From Octopus vulgaris (Eukaryota), in the NCBI GenBank assembly GCA_951406725.2, contig OX597828.1, forward strand, positions 78,244,001 to 78,308,000: DNA of 64,000 bases. The letters are read 5' to 3'. This document shows, in pieces, positions 1-11,420 of the stretch. The notes beneath the pieces are model-generated. The model was not told the origin of the DNA, ran no database searches, and saw only the letters and a program-made list of their open reading frames with translations. A program made the position numbers and the translations under genes. Positions within the stretch are counted from its first letter, which is position 1, and each line of letters opens with the position of its first letter.

Positions 1-91
1 TTAGTGATTGGTTTGTAAGAGGTTTGGCTGTTGTTTTTGGTGCATCAATTCATCCCCATGGAACCACTCACATTTGAATACAATATATAAC

Positions 92-295
92 AATAATAAT
101 GGTTTCAAATTTGGGTACAAGCCCAGCAATTACATCAGCCCCCCAATACTCAACTGATACTTGTTTCATCAACCTTGAAAGGGATGAAAGGTGAATTCAA
201 CTTGTGGAATTTGAACCCACAACATGAAAGTTGGATGAAATGCTGCAAAGCATTTTGCCCAGCATGGTTACGATTCTGCTAGACCACCACCCTAA
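92..295 (-). mobile_element. tRNA-derived SINE (family S1), diverged
   Basis: Reverse complement aligns by eye to 3285-3500 (B-box GTTCAAATTCC; central CCTTTCATCC...GATGAA...AGTA). Flanked by (AAT)n. Confidence 0.75.
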
Positions 296-302
296 TAATA
301 AT

Positions 303-346
<44 letters not shown>

Positions 347-354
347 GCAATAAT

Positions 355-550
355 AATATTCCTTTCTACTGGAAGCACAAGGCCTCAAATTTGGGAGAAG
401 GGATTAAGTTGGTTACATTGACCCTAGTGTGTAACTGGTACTTATTTGATCGACCCTGAAAGGATGAAAGGCAAAGTCAATCTCAGTGGAATTTGAACTC
501 AGAACATAAAGACAGGCGAAATACTGCTAAGCATTTTGCTCAGCGTTCTT
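355..550 (-). mobile_element. tRNA-derived SINE (family S1)
   Basis: Contains ggtacttatttgatcgaccctgaaaggatgaaaggcaaagtc and ggaatttgaactcag, the reverse complement of the S1 core and B-box. Sits in an (AAT)n run. Confidence 0.8.
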
Positions 551-1077
551 TGTAATAATAATAATAATAATAATGATGATGATGATGATGATAATTTGCT
601 TTTGTAATAATAATAATAATAATAATAATTAGAAGTTTGAAAAGTGATACAAGCACCTACATGTGATGTCATATGCACACATCTCACAAAGACTCACTCT
701 CATACATTACAACCACACATTACAATCATACACACACCCAGCATAACCACATGTACATACACACACCAAAACATTATCGTTACCTTTGTTAGATCTGTCA
801 TCTGGTTCCGATTTTGCCCAGTTACAGTATTATAGTCCTGATTAGAAAGACTTTTGATCAAAGAGAGTCCAACAATGACACTCCCATTTTTTTTCTTTTT
901 AAACAAAGTACATATGAACAAATAATAGTTCCACTTGTTTGAAATGAGTAAATCTCTATCTATTTCTAGCAGGTCAAGCATATTTGTGAAAGCAAGGATA
1001 TTATGAAGTATATCAACACCAAAATCATTGCTTGTTGTTGTTGTTGTTACCAGATTTGTTTGCAGTGCAAAATATAA

Positions 1078-1233
<156 letters not shown>

Positions 1234-1415
1234 TAGAAAGTACTTTGGTGTGCACTCCAAATTGTTTTTAATGAGCAGTAAGAAGGCTGTTTGAGGATTT
1301 TGCTATTAAATTTGATTGGAATAATTTGTTAAATATAATTTAGTATGTCCTTCTTTAGACAATGGAAGAAACTTTCCAATGCTGAGATGTGAATGTTGGT
1401 TTCCTTACTGACTGT

Positions 1416-1750
1416 CATCATCATCATCATCATCATCGTCGTTGGACATGTGTTGGACAGTTTGACTGAGGACTGGAGAGCCAGAAGGCTGCACCAGGCT
1501 CCAGTCTGATCTGGCAAAGTTTCTACAGCTGGATGCCCTTCCTAATGCCAACCGCTCCAAGAGTGTAAAGGGTGCTTTTACATGTCACTGGCATGAGGGC
1601 CAGTCAGGTGGTTCTGGCAACAACCATGCTCAAATGGTGTTTTTATGTGCTACCTGCATGGGAGCCAGTCCGGCGGCACTGGCAACAACCACGCTCAAAT
1701 GTTGTTTTTCATGTGCTTGTAAGGCAACGCTGGCAATCATCACATCGCCT
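1416..1750 (-). mobile_element. RTE-LINE 3' UTR fragment with (GAT)n tail
   Basis: Matches 7083-7470 (ggatgcccttcctaatgccaacc and ~60-bp units). (CAT)n at the left end. Confidence 0.85.
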
Positions 1751-2756
1751 TACCGGCAGAAGTGTGTATGTATGTGTGTGTTTGCATGTATATGTGCATG
1801 TGTGTGTATGTATATATATATGTTTAATATAAACTATTGGGAAAAGGCGCACTCAATTCAATGGTAGAGATAAATGAGGTTTATTCCAGTTGAAATAAAT
1901 GAAGCCTCTTGCTTCTCTGAGTCTCACCTGTCGGTGCACAAGATCTTCAGGCAAGCTGTAATTTGCAACATACCTAAAGATTTTGTGTGTACCTACTGGT
2001 GAATCTCAGAATAACTAGAGGCTGACTCAATCAAAACAAAATATCTGTGCGTCTGTGCACACACACTCACACATGTGTGTGTTTGTATATATGTATGTGT
2101 GTGTTGGTATGTGGTATCTAGACACCAACCTACCTATATATATGTGTGTGTGTGTGTGTAAGAGCCATCCAACAAGAATGGCGGTAGTGAGACTGATGTC
2201 TGAAAGAGTCTATTGCAGTAAAAATATCGTCTTGACATATTCTCTAGAACTCTTACATGCATGGAAATTCAGACCTAAAAGTAATCAAGATGATGATTGT
2301 GTGTGTGGGTATACCACTTTTGAATAAATTGTGGTGCAAAGGGACATAACTGTGGTGGCTTTAGCCATTTATAGATACCAGAATAAGAAATGTGGTTTGT
2401 TAACTGATTGTCATTAAGAGGTTGTTAACTGATTGTCATTAAGAGGTTGTGCTCCAGCATGGCTGCTGTCCATTGTCTGTAAGTGTGATGAATAGGGAAA
2501 TGAATGACTTTTAATCATATTAGAAATCAACTTTTTGTCTTTTGAAAATGTATCAAGACTATATTCCCAAGCAGTGTAGGTGAATGTAATCGGCACCAAA
2601 CTGGCATTGCAGATTTTGGTACATCTGGTGCTTGGGTTATTGAATAAATCATTTTCAAGTGCTAGCTTTGTTGCTTCTTGCTATAGAATTGAATATTTAA
2701 TATTCAATTCTGTAGCAAGAATTGAATATTTACACTTACACACACACACAATTTAA

Positions 2757-2936
<180 letters not shown>

Positions 2937-3104
2937 TAAGTAACATGTGAGAGAGAGGAGAAAAAGTAGAAAAAAAACTAGAGTGAGTGAAAGAGAGAGA
3001 GAGAGAGAGAGAGAGTACTGAACGTTTGGGACTTGCTTGTTAGTGTTTGATTATTTGTGTGTCTGTGTTACCTGAACCTTACTTAGGGAACTAGTCTAAT
3101 AATC

Positions 3105-3270
3105 TTTACTGACATTTCTATTCTAGGCACAAGGCCTTGAAAATTTTGGGGGAAGGAGACTAGTCAAGTATATTGACCCCAGTGCGTAACTGGTACTTAT
3201 TTCATCAACCCCAAAAGGAAAAAAACGAAATCAACCTTGGCAGAATTTGAACTCTGCCAGCTTGCTGCCT
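3105..3270 (-). mobile_element. tRNA-derived SINE (family S1), internally deleted
   Basis: ctaggcacaaggcc...ggtacttatttcatcaacccc...cagaatttgaactc. Confidence 0.75.
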
Positions 3271-3284
3271 CAATAATAATAATA

Positions 3285-3500
3285 AGGTGATGAGCTGGCA
3301 GAATCGTTAGCACGCCAGGTGAAATGCTTAGCAGTATTTCGTCTGTCTTTGTGTTCTGAGTTCAAATTCCGCTGAGGTTGACTTTGCCTGTCACCCGTTC
3401 GGGGTCGATAAATTAAGTACCACTTGTGTATAGTGGGGCTGATGTAATCAACTGGCCCCCTCCCCCAAAATTTCGGGCCTTATGCCTAGAGTAGAAATGG
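3285..3500 (+). mobile_element. tRNA-derived SINE (family S1), near full length
   Basis: A-box-like TGGCAGAATCGTT, B-box GAGTTCAAATTCC, central GACTTTGCCT..CA.CC.TTCGGGGTCGATAAATTAAGTACC (from memory this resembles Meta/MESC-type SINE cores). (AAT)n on both sides. Confidence 0.85.
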
Positions 3501-3518
3501 AAATAATAATAATAATAA

Positions 3519-3950
3519 TCATCATCATCGTTTAACGTCCGCTTTCCAGCATGGGCTGGATGATTTAACTGAGGACTGGCAAATCAGATGACTGCACCAG
3601 GCTCCAATCTTGATCTGGCAGAGTTTCTAGAGCTGGATGCCCTTCCTAACGCCAACCACTCCGAGAGTGTAGTGAGTGCTTTTATGTGCCACTGGTACGA
3701 GGGCCAGTCAGGTGGTACTGGTAACGGCTATGCTCAAATGGTGCTTTTTACGTGCCACCTGCACAGGAGCCAGTCCAGTGTTTCTGGCAATGACCTCGCT
3801 TGAATGTTTTTCACGTGCCATTAAGGCGACTCTGGTAATGATCATGCTCGAATGGTGCTTTTTACATGCCACCGGCATGGAAGCCTGTTAGACGCTCTGG
3901 CAACGATCATGCTCAGATGGTGCTCTTAGCACTCCACTAGCACTGATGCC
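3519..3950 (-). mobile_element. RTE-LINE 3' UTR fragment with ~5 tandem units
   Basis: catcatcatcgtttaacgtcc tail. Homologous to 7083-7470. Confidence 0.85.
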
Positions 3951-3954
3951 AGAC

Positions 3955-4205
3955 TCCGGTGCTGGTGGCATGTAAAAAGCACTATCCAAACATGATCAAT
4001 GCCAAGCCCACCTGACTGGATCCTGTACCAGTGGCATGTAAGAAGCACCCACTACACTCTTGCAGTGGTTGGCATTAGGAAGGGCATCCAGCTGTAGAAA
4101 CATTGATGAGATTGGAGCCTGGTGCAGCCTCCTGGCTCTCCAGACCTCAGTCAAAACATTGAACCCATGCCAGCATGGATAATGGACATTAAACGATGAC
4201 GATGA
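3955..4205 (+). mobile_element. RTE-LINE 3' UTR fragment, inverted relative to 3519-3950
   Basis: ggtggcatgtaaaaagcac...ggcattaggaagggcatccagctgtagaaa...ggacattaaacgatgacgatga. Confidence 0.85.
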
Positions 4206-4800
4206 ATAAGTATGATAGAAGGACAAGAACAGGTGTCTTGCTTAAGAGATTAATACATGACTGCCTCACCTGGAAAGAGAAAGATAGGGGGGGATGAGGT
4301 TAAGGTACAAGACGAATATGAAAGAGAAAATAGGATAGAGGAACAGAAAAGGTGGGTCAGTAGGTAAGTGCACTTGAGTAAATGTGTGTGTGTTTATATA
4401 TATATCTGTGTGTGTGTGTGTATAGACACAGATAGTGCTTGTATCTACCTTTACACCATGGTTTCATGTCATTGCTATCAAGGAATTTAGATAACCTGAT
4501 CTTTTTTGTATAGATGTTAAAACAACATACATGCCAGTGTGGTTACAGAATCTGTTACTTCTGATAAAATACATCTAAGAAGAAAAGAAAAAAAGAAGTA
4601 AAGCAGAATACAAAATGGTTACAGTTGCAACATCCTGGATCATAAGTCTATTCAATCAGAAGTGTCATTTATTTTACTTCTATCTTATGTCGAAGTTTGT
4701 CACCAATAACATCACTGTTTACTGGGTTTACAATTTATTAGTCACCGATTCATTGAATTTTTTATGATGGTGACAATGCATGCATGCATGTATGTATGTA

Positions 4801-5355
4801 GAGGGTGGAGCAAAATGATCTGACACATTTGGAGGCTTAATAAAAGCACAAAATAAGAAATAATGAAAAGAGAAAGTTTATTTTCTGAATGTACATATAA
4901 TGCCATTTTATTTCATTAAGTTTTATAAATTAAACCAGCTAAATGCTTCCCATCATTGTCAACACATTGTTGGAGACGTTCATGGAAGTTATCGATAACT
5001 CTATGAATCATTTCTTCTGGAATGGTGAAACGTGATTTCTTCTTGTGGGGATATTTAAAATCAAAAGTATTCAGTCATCGCCTTCGATCTATTGATGAAT
5101 TAAAACGTGCAATTTGTGTAGAAATAGCAACCATTCCAGAAGAAATGATCCAAAGAGTTATCGATAACTTCCATGAACGTCTCCAACAATGTGTTGACAA
5201 TGATGGGAAGCATTTAGCTGATTTAATTTTTAAAACTTAATGAAATAAAATGGCATTATATGTACATTCAGAAAATAAAATTATTCTTTTCATTATTTCT
5301 TATTTTGTGCTTTTATTAAGCCTCCAAATGTGTCAGATCATTTTGCTCCACCCTG
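4801..5355. mobile_element. Tc1/mariner-superfamily derived MITE with ~226-bp inverted arms and TA target duplication
   Basis: 4801-5026 is the reverse complement of 5130-5355. ta|(c/g)agggtgg...ccaccctg|ta. Internal ORF 5022-5240 (DFFLWGYLKSKVF...ELKRAI...RLQQCVDNDGKHL) is a transposase C-terminus. Confidence 0.88.
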
Positions 5356-5384
5356 TATATATATGTGTGCGTGTGTATGTATGT

Positions 5385-6105
5385 ATCATCATCATTTAAT
5401 GTCTGTTGTCCATGCTGGCATGGGACCCTGGAAAGCTGACCCAGACTCCAGTCTGATTTGGCTTGGTTTTCTACAGCTGGATGCCCTTCCTAACGCCAAC
5501 CACTCTGAGAATGTAATGGGTGCTTTTACATTCCACTGGCACAGGTGCCATTTGAGTGACACCAGGGTGCTTTTATGTGCTACTGGCATGGAGACCAATT
5601 TGCATGATGCCAGTATCTGCCACAACTGGGATTTTGCTTGGTTTGATGGGTCTTCTTCTCAAGCGCAACATAATGCCAAAGGTCTCAGTCATTGCACCTG
5701 TGAGGTCCAACACTCGAAAGGAACTCAGCCACTTTGCCTCTGTGAGGCCCAACACTCGAAAAGTGTTCTTTACATGACAGCAGCATAGGTGTACTTGGTT
5801 TGATGGGTTGTCTCAAGCACAGCACATCTCCAAAAGTCTTGGTCATTAGTCATTTCCTCTGTGAGGCTCAAAGTTCAAAGATCATGCTTCACCCTCACCT
5901 TGTTCTATGTCTTACTGGGTCTCCCTCTCTACCACAGGTTCTCTCCACAGTTAGAGATCGGCACTTCATTACAGAGCTGTCCTCGTCCATACATATCACA
6001 TGACCATGTCAACGCTGTCATCTCTCTTGCACACCACATCTGATGCCTCTTAAGCTTGACTTTTCTCTCAAGATGCTTACACTCTGTCGAACATGCACAC
6101 TGACA
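5385..6105 (-). mobile_element. Diverged RTE-LINE 3' fragment (3' UTR plus decayed ORF C-terminus)
   Basis: 5385-5600 matches the RTE 3' UTR. 5800-6105 aligns by eye to 7640-7940. Confidence 0.8.
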
Positions 6106-6156
6106 TGTGAATGTGTATATGAGCTCATTTTATATATTTTTAACTCAATGAACTGA

Positions 6157-6550
<394 letters not shown>

Positions 6551-6821
6551 AATAATAATAGTGCCAATTATTGTTGGCTCCTTGGGGATAGCATCAGCAG
6601 GCATCAAGAGGGAATATAAAAGAAATCAGAAATAGGGCTCCCAGTAGAACTGTTGCAAAAGAGGTTTGCCTCCTTGGCATGGCCAGATTAATCAAGAGAG
6701 TATCAGATAGTTGAAAAGGATGGATAGCATTGTACCATAGGCTGCAGGTAGCAAGCCCACTACGCATGCAAGACTCCAGGAGTTTCAACAAAACCTGATT
6801 TAAAAAGAATAATAATAATAA

Positions 6822-7042
6822 TCTTTTTTACTCTAGGCACAAGGCCCGAAATTTTTTGGGGGGGAGGGGGGAGCAATCGATTAGATTGACCCCAGCATGC
6901 ATCTGGTACTTAATTTATCAACCCTGAAAGGATAATAGGCAAAGTCGACCTCAGTGGAATTTGAACTCAGAACGTAACAGCAGATGAAATACCGCTAAGC
7001 ATTTCGCCCGGCGTGCTAACGTTTCTGCCAGCATGCCACCTT
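6822..7042 (-). mobile_element. tRNA-derived SINE (family S1), near full length
   Basis: Clear reverse complement of 3285-3500. (AAT)n flanks. Confidence 0.85.
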
Positions 7043-7082
7043 AGAATAATAATAATAACTACTACTACTATTATTATATATA

Positions 7083-9416
7083 TCATCATCATCATCATCA
7101 TCATCGTTTAGCGTCCGTTTTCCATGCTAGCATGGGTTGGACGGTTCTACTGGGGTCTGTGAAGCCAGAAGGCTTCATTAGGCCCAGTCAAATCTGGCAG
7201 TGTTTCTACGGCTGGATGCCCTTCCAAACGCCAACCACTCCGTGAGTGTAGTGGGTGCTTTTTACGTGCCACCGGCACAGGTGCCAGACAGAACTGGCAA
7301 ACGGCCACGAACGGATGGTGCTTTTTATGTGCCACCGGCACGGGGGCCAGGCGAGGCTGGCAACGGACACGAACGGATGGTGCTTTTTACATGCCACCGG
7401 CACGAGGCCAGTCGGGGCGACGCTGGCAACGGTCGCGAAACGGAAGGTTCTCTTACATGCCACCGGCACTGGTAACACATCTGCAATTTCCATTGATTGA
7501 TTTCGATTCTGATCCTCACTTGCCTCAACAGGTCTTCACAAGTAGAGTTTTGTGTCCCAAGAAGGGAAGGTATGCATACGTAGGCTGGCTCCATCCCATG
7601 TAGAAGGCCACGGGTTATGGACTCACTTGTCCTGCCGGGTCTTCTTGCGCACAGCACACTTCCAGAGGTCTTGGTCTCTAGTCATTTCCTCAGTGAGACC
7701 TAAAGTTCGAAGGTCGTGCTTCACCACCTCGTCCCAGATTTTCCTGGGTCTGCCTCTTCCGCAGGTTCCCTCAACCGCTAGGGTGTGGCACTTTTTCACA
7801 CAACTATCTTCATCCATTCTCGCCACATGACCATACCAGCGCAAACGTCTCTCTTGCACACCACAACTGATGCTTCTTAGGTCCAGCTTTTCTCTCAAGG
7901 TACTTACACTCTGCTGAGTATGAGTACTGACATTACACATCCATCGGAGCATGCTGGCTTCATTTCTTGCGAGCTTACGCATATCCTCAGCAGTCACGGC
8001 CCATGTTTCACTGCCATGTAGCATGGCTGTTCGTACACACGCATCATACAGTCTGCCTTTCACTCTGTGCGAGAGGCCTTTTGTCACCAGCAGAGGTAAG
8101 AGCTCTCTGAACTTTGCCCAAGCTATTCTTACTCTAGCAGTTACACTTTCAGCACACCCCCCCCGCTGCTGACTTGGTCACCTAGGTAACGGAAACTATC
8201 AACTATTTCTAGTTTTTCTTCCTGGAAAGTGACGGAAGTTGGTCTCAGAGCATTTTCAGTGTTTATTGTTCCTGAGCATCTGCCACATACAAAAACTATC
8301 TTCCTAGTTAGCCTTCCTTTGACATTGCTGCACCTCTTATGTGTCCATAGCTTACACTTGGTGCATCTTATAGAGTTTCTACCTACACCTTTTCTACAGA
8401 TCGAGCAGGGCCATCTACCTGAAGGCGTTTGTGATTTGTCTACCTTCCTACTGATTACGACTTTGGTTTTAGCTAGGTTGACTCTGAGGCCCTTCGATTC
8501 TAATCCTTGTTTCCACACCTGAAACTTCTCCTCCAGTTCTGATAGTGACTCAGCAATTAGAGCAAGGTCATCAGCATAGAGGAGCTCCCAAGGGCATCCT
8601 GTCTTGAATTCCTCCGTTATTGCCTGGAGGACTATGATAAATAGGAGGGGGCTGAGGTCTGAGCCTTGGTGGACCCCTACCTCTACCCAGAATTCTTCAC
8701 TGTACTCATTGCCAACCCTCACCTTACTAGCAGCGTCCCTATACATGGCCCGCACAGCTCTCACTAACCATTCATCTATCCCTAGTTTCCTCATTAACCA
8801 CCAGATAAGGGATCGGGGGACCCTGTCGAAGGCTTTCTCCATGTCAACAAAAGCCAGGTACAGGGGCTTATCTTTGGCTAGGTATTTCTCCTGCAGCTGC
8901 CTTACCAGGAATATAGCATCAGTGGTACTTTTCCCTGGCACAAACCCAAACTGCATCTCATCTAAACTAACTCTCTCTCTAATTAGTTGGGCTATGACCC
9001 TCTCCGTAACCTTCTTTACCTGATCCAACAGCTTGATACCTTTGTAGTTATTTGTATCTAGGGCGTCACCTTCACCTTTGTAGCAGTTGACTATTATGCT
9101 GCTACACCAGTCATTGGGTATGACTCCTTTGTGTATCACCTGATTAACTATACGGGTGACTAGGCTATAGCCAACACTACCAGACATTTTGAGCATCTCT
9201 GCAGTGATTCCTGATGGGCCTGGGGCTTTCCCTGTCTTCATGCTTCTAATTGCCATAGCTACCACGGAACTATCAACTCGGATAGCTGGTCCCTCTGTTG
9301 GGTCAACATTCGGCAGACTCTCTTTATCCCATTCATTTTCTTTATTCAGCAACCTTTCATAGTGGCGTCTCCAAACCTCTCTCTTTGCATCCTCATTTAG
9401 CGCAAGTGAACCATCT
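7083..9416 (-). mobile_element. 5'-truncated RTE-clade LINE (RT with inserted PHD-type finger), one frameshift
   Basis: ORFs 8141-9352 and 7623-8087 contain KAPGPSG, QFGF, FVDMEKAFD, GVHQG, YADD, AMLHGSETW and RLRWYGHV...RGRPRKIW. 3' UTR 7083-7622 with (GAT)n tail. TA runs at both ends. Confidence 0.95.
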
Positions 9417-9431
9417 TATATATATATGTAC

Positions 9432-9463
<32 letters not shown>

Positions 9464-9522
9464 GTATATATATGTATGTATATGTATGTGTATGTATATA
9501 TATGTATCTATGTATATATATA

Positions 9523-9553
<31 letters not shown>

Positions 9554-9576
9554 GTATCTATGTATATATATATGTG

Positions 9577-9609
<33 letters not shown>

Positions 9610-9612
9610 GTG

Positions 9613-9643
<31 letters not shown>

Positions 9644-9682
9644 GTGTATATATATATATATATATATGTATCTATGTATATA

Positions 9683-9729
<47 letters not shown>

Positions 9730-9797
9730 GTATATATATATATGTGTATATATATATATGTATATATATATGTGTATATATATATATATGTATATAT

Positions 9798-9835
<38 letters not shown>

Positions 9836-9860
9836 GTGTATATATATATATATGTATATA

Positions 9861-9907
<47 letters not shown>

Positions 9908-9953
9908 GTGTGTATATATGTATATATATATGTGTATATATATATATATATAT
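9417..9953. repeat. Interrupted (TA)n microsatellite
   Basis: Directly visible. Confidence 0.95.
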
Positions 9954-10087
9954 GTTACTGCAGTCCACTCAGCTTTAAATGTGTAATCTTTTGATGGATT
10001 AGCGTACAACAGTAAGATGGTGACCCATGTTTTGTATTGAGCAATCAGAAGGATGAATAGTTGATTATAGTTCAACCCATACTGTGA

Positions 10088-10273
<186 letters not shown>

Positions 10274-10361
10274 TAGGAGCTTCACAGCCTCTCTGAGTGT
10301 CTCACATTACCCCTTGTTTTGGAGTTAGTAATGTAGCAAATCTGATATTTATATATACATA

Positions 10362-10431
<70 letters not shown>

Positions 10432-10555
10432 TAGCTAAGTGTTGCAGTTCTTGAAAGAACCTTTGTTTCTTTTAGAAAATAAAGTAATTTGAAACCCTTG
10501 AAGAATTTTAGCTATATGACCGATTAACGTAAGTAATAATGTTCTATTGCATGAC

Positions 10556-10665
10556 ATCTTGGGCAAGTGCCTTCTGCTAAAGCCTCAGACCGGCCAAAGC
10601 CTTTTCATTGGATTTGGTAGACAGAAGTTCCTGTTGTGTGTGTACATGTGCGTGTAAGTGTTTGT
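10556..10665 (+). mobile_element. SINE fragment with CORE-like start (CTTGGGCAAGT)
   Basis: cttgggcaagtgccttctgct...aaagcc...ggatttggtagacagaa followed by (TG)n. Confidence 0.5.
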
Positions 10666-11137
10666 GCCTCCTAACAGAGAGGGTTTCAAGACAAAATTTG
10701 CAATTAGTACTTTAACATTTTTCATACGAACCTGTTTTCTGATACTAACTTCCTGTTTTAAAGCGATCTAAATCCAAATGTTCCATTATAATTTCTTGCT
10801 CATTTATCTTCCATATGCCAGCTTAATAACAACAGTTATTTTACTAAATTCTTTATTATTTTTGAAATTAATTGCAACAAGGGCAGTGCATAACAATAGA
10901 AATATGAGAAATGTGGTAACAAATGGGTTAATAATTGATATAGCTATGTCAAATGACTGCAATGCTGTCCTGAAGCGAGCAAATTGTGTTAGAAGCAATA
11001 CTGACTTGGCCATTGAATGAAAACGATTATAGAAGCTGAATCAGTGAGTTAAGTAACGAAGCTGTTCTTCATTTGATCCTGTAAAGCTAGAATGATTTCT
11101 AGCTACTTCTGAACTGGCATTGACTTTTTACTAATCC

Positions 11138-11420
11138 TCATCATCATCTTTTAATGTCTGCTCCCTGTACTGGCATGGGTTGGATGGTTTGACTGATGAT
11201 TGGCAAGACTCCAATCTGTTCTAGCAAGGTTTCTACAGCTGGATGCTCTTTCTAATGCCAACCACTTCGAGAGTGTAGTGCGTGTTTGATATGGGCCACC
11301 AGCACAGGGGCCAGTCAGACAGCACTGGCAATGACCACTCTTGGATATTGCTTTTTACACACCAACAGCATGGGAGCCAGTCAGGTGGCACTGACATTGG
11401 CCATGCTCAATGGGGCTTTA
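11138..11420 (-). mobile_element. RTE-LINE 3' UTR fragment, diverged
   Basis: catcatcatc tail; tttctacagctggatgctctttctaatgccaaccac. Confidence 0.8.

Noticed and set aside
3285-3375. tRNA gene suggested by A/B boxes
   Set aside because: No cloverleaf. It is the head of a multicopy SINE.
7252-7470. RTE 3' UTR units as twister or pistol ribozymes, or as a CRISPR array
   Set aside because: They share only a GCCGGU or stem plus A-rich linker resemblance. The other conserved twister/pistol elements are absent. Kept as a pseudoknot array.
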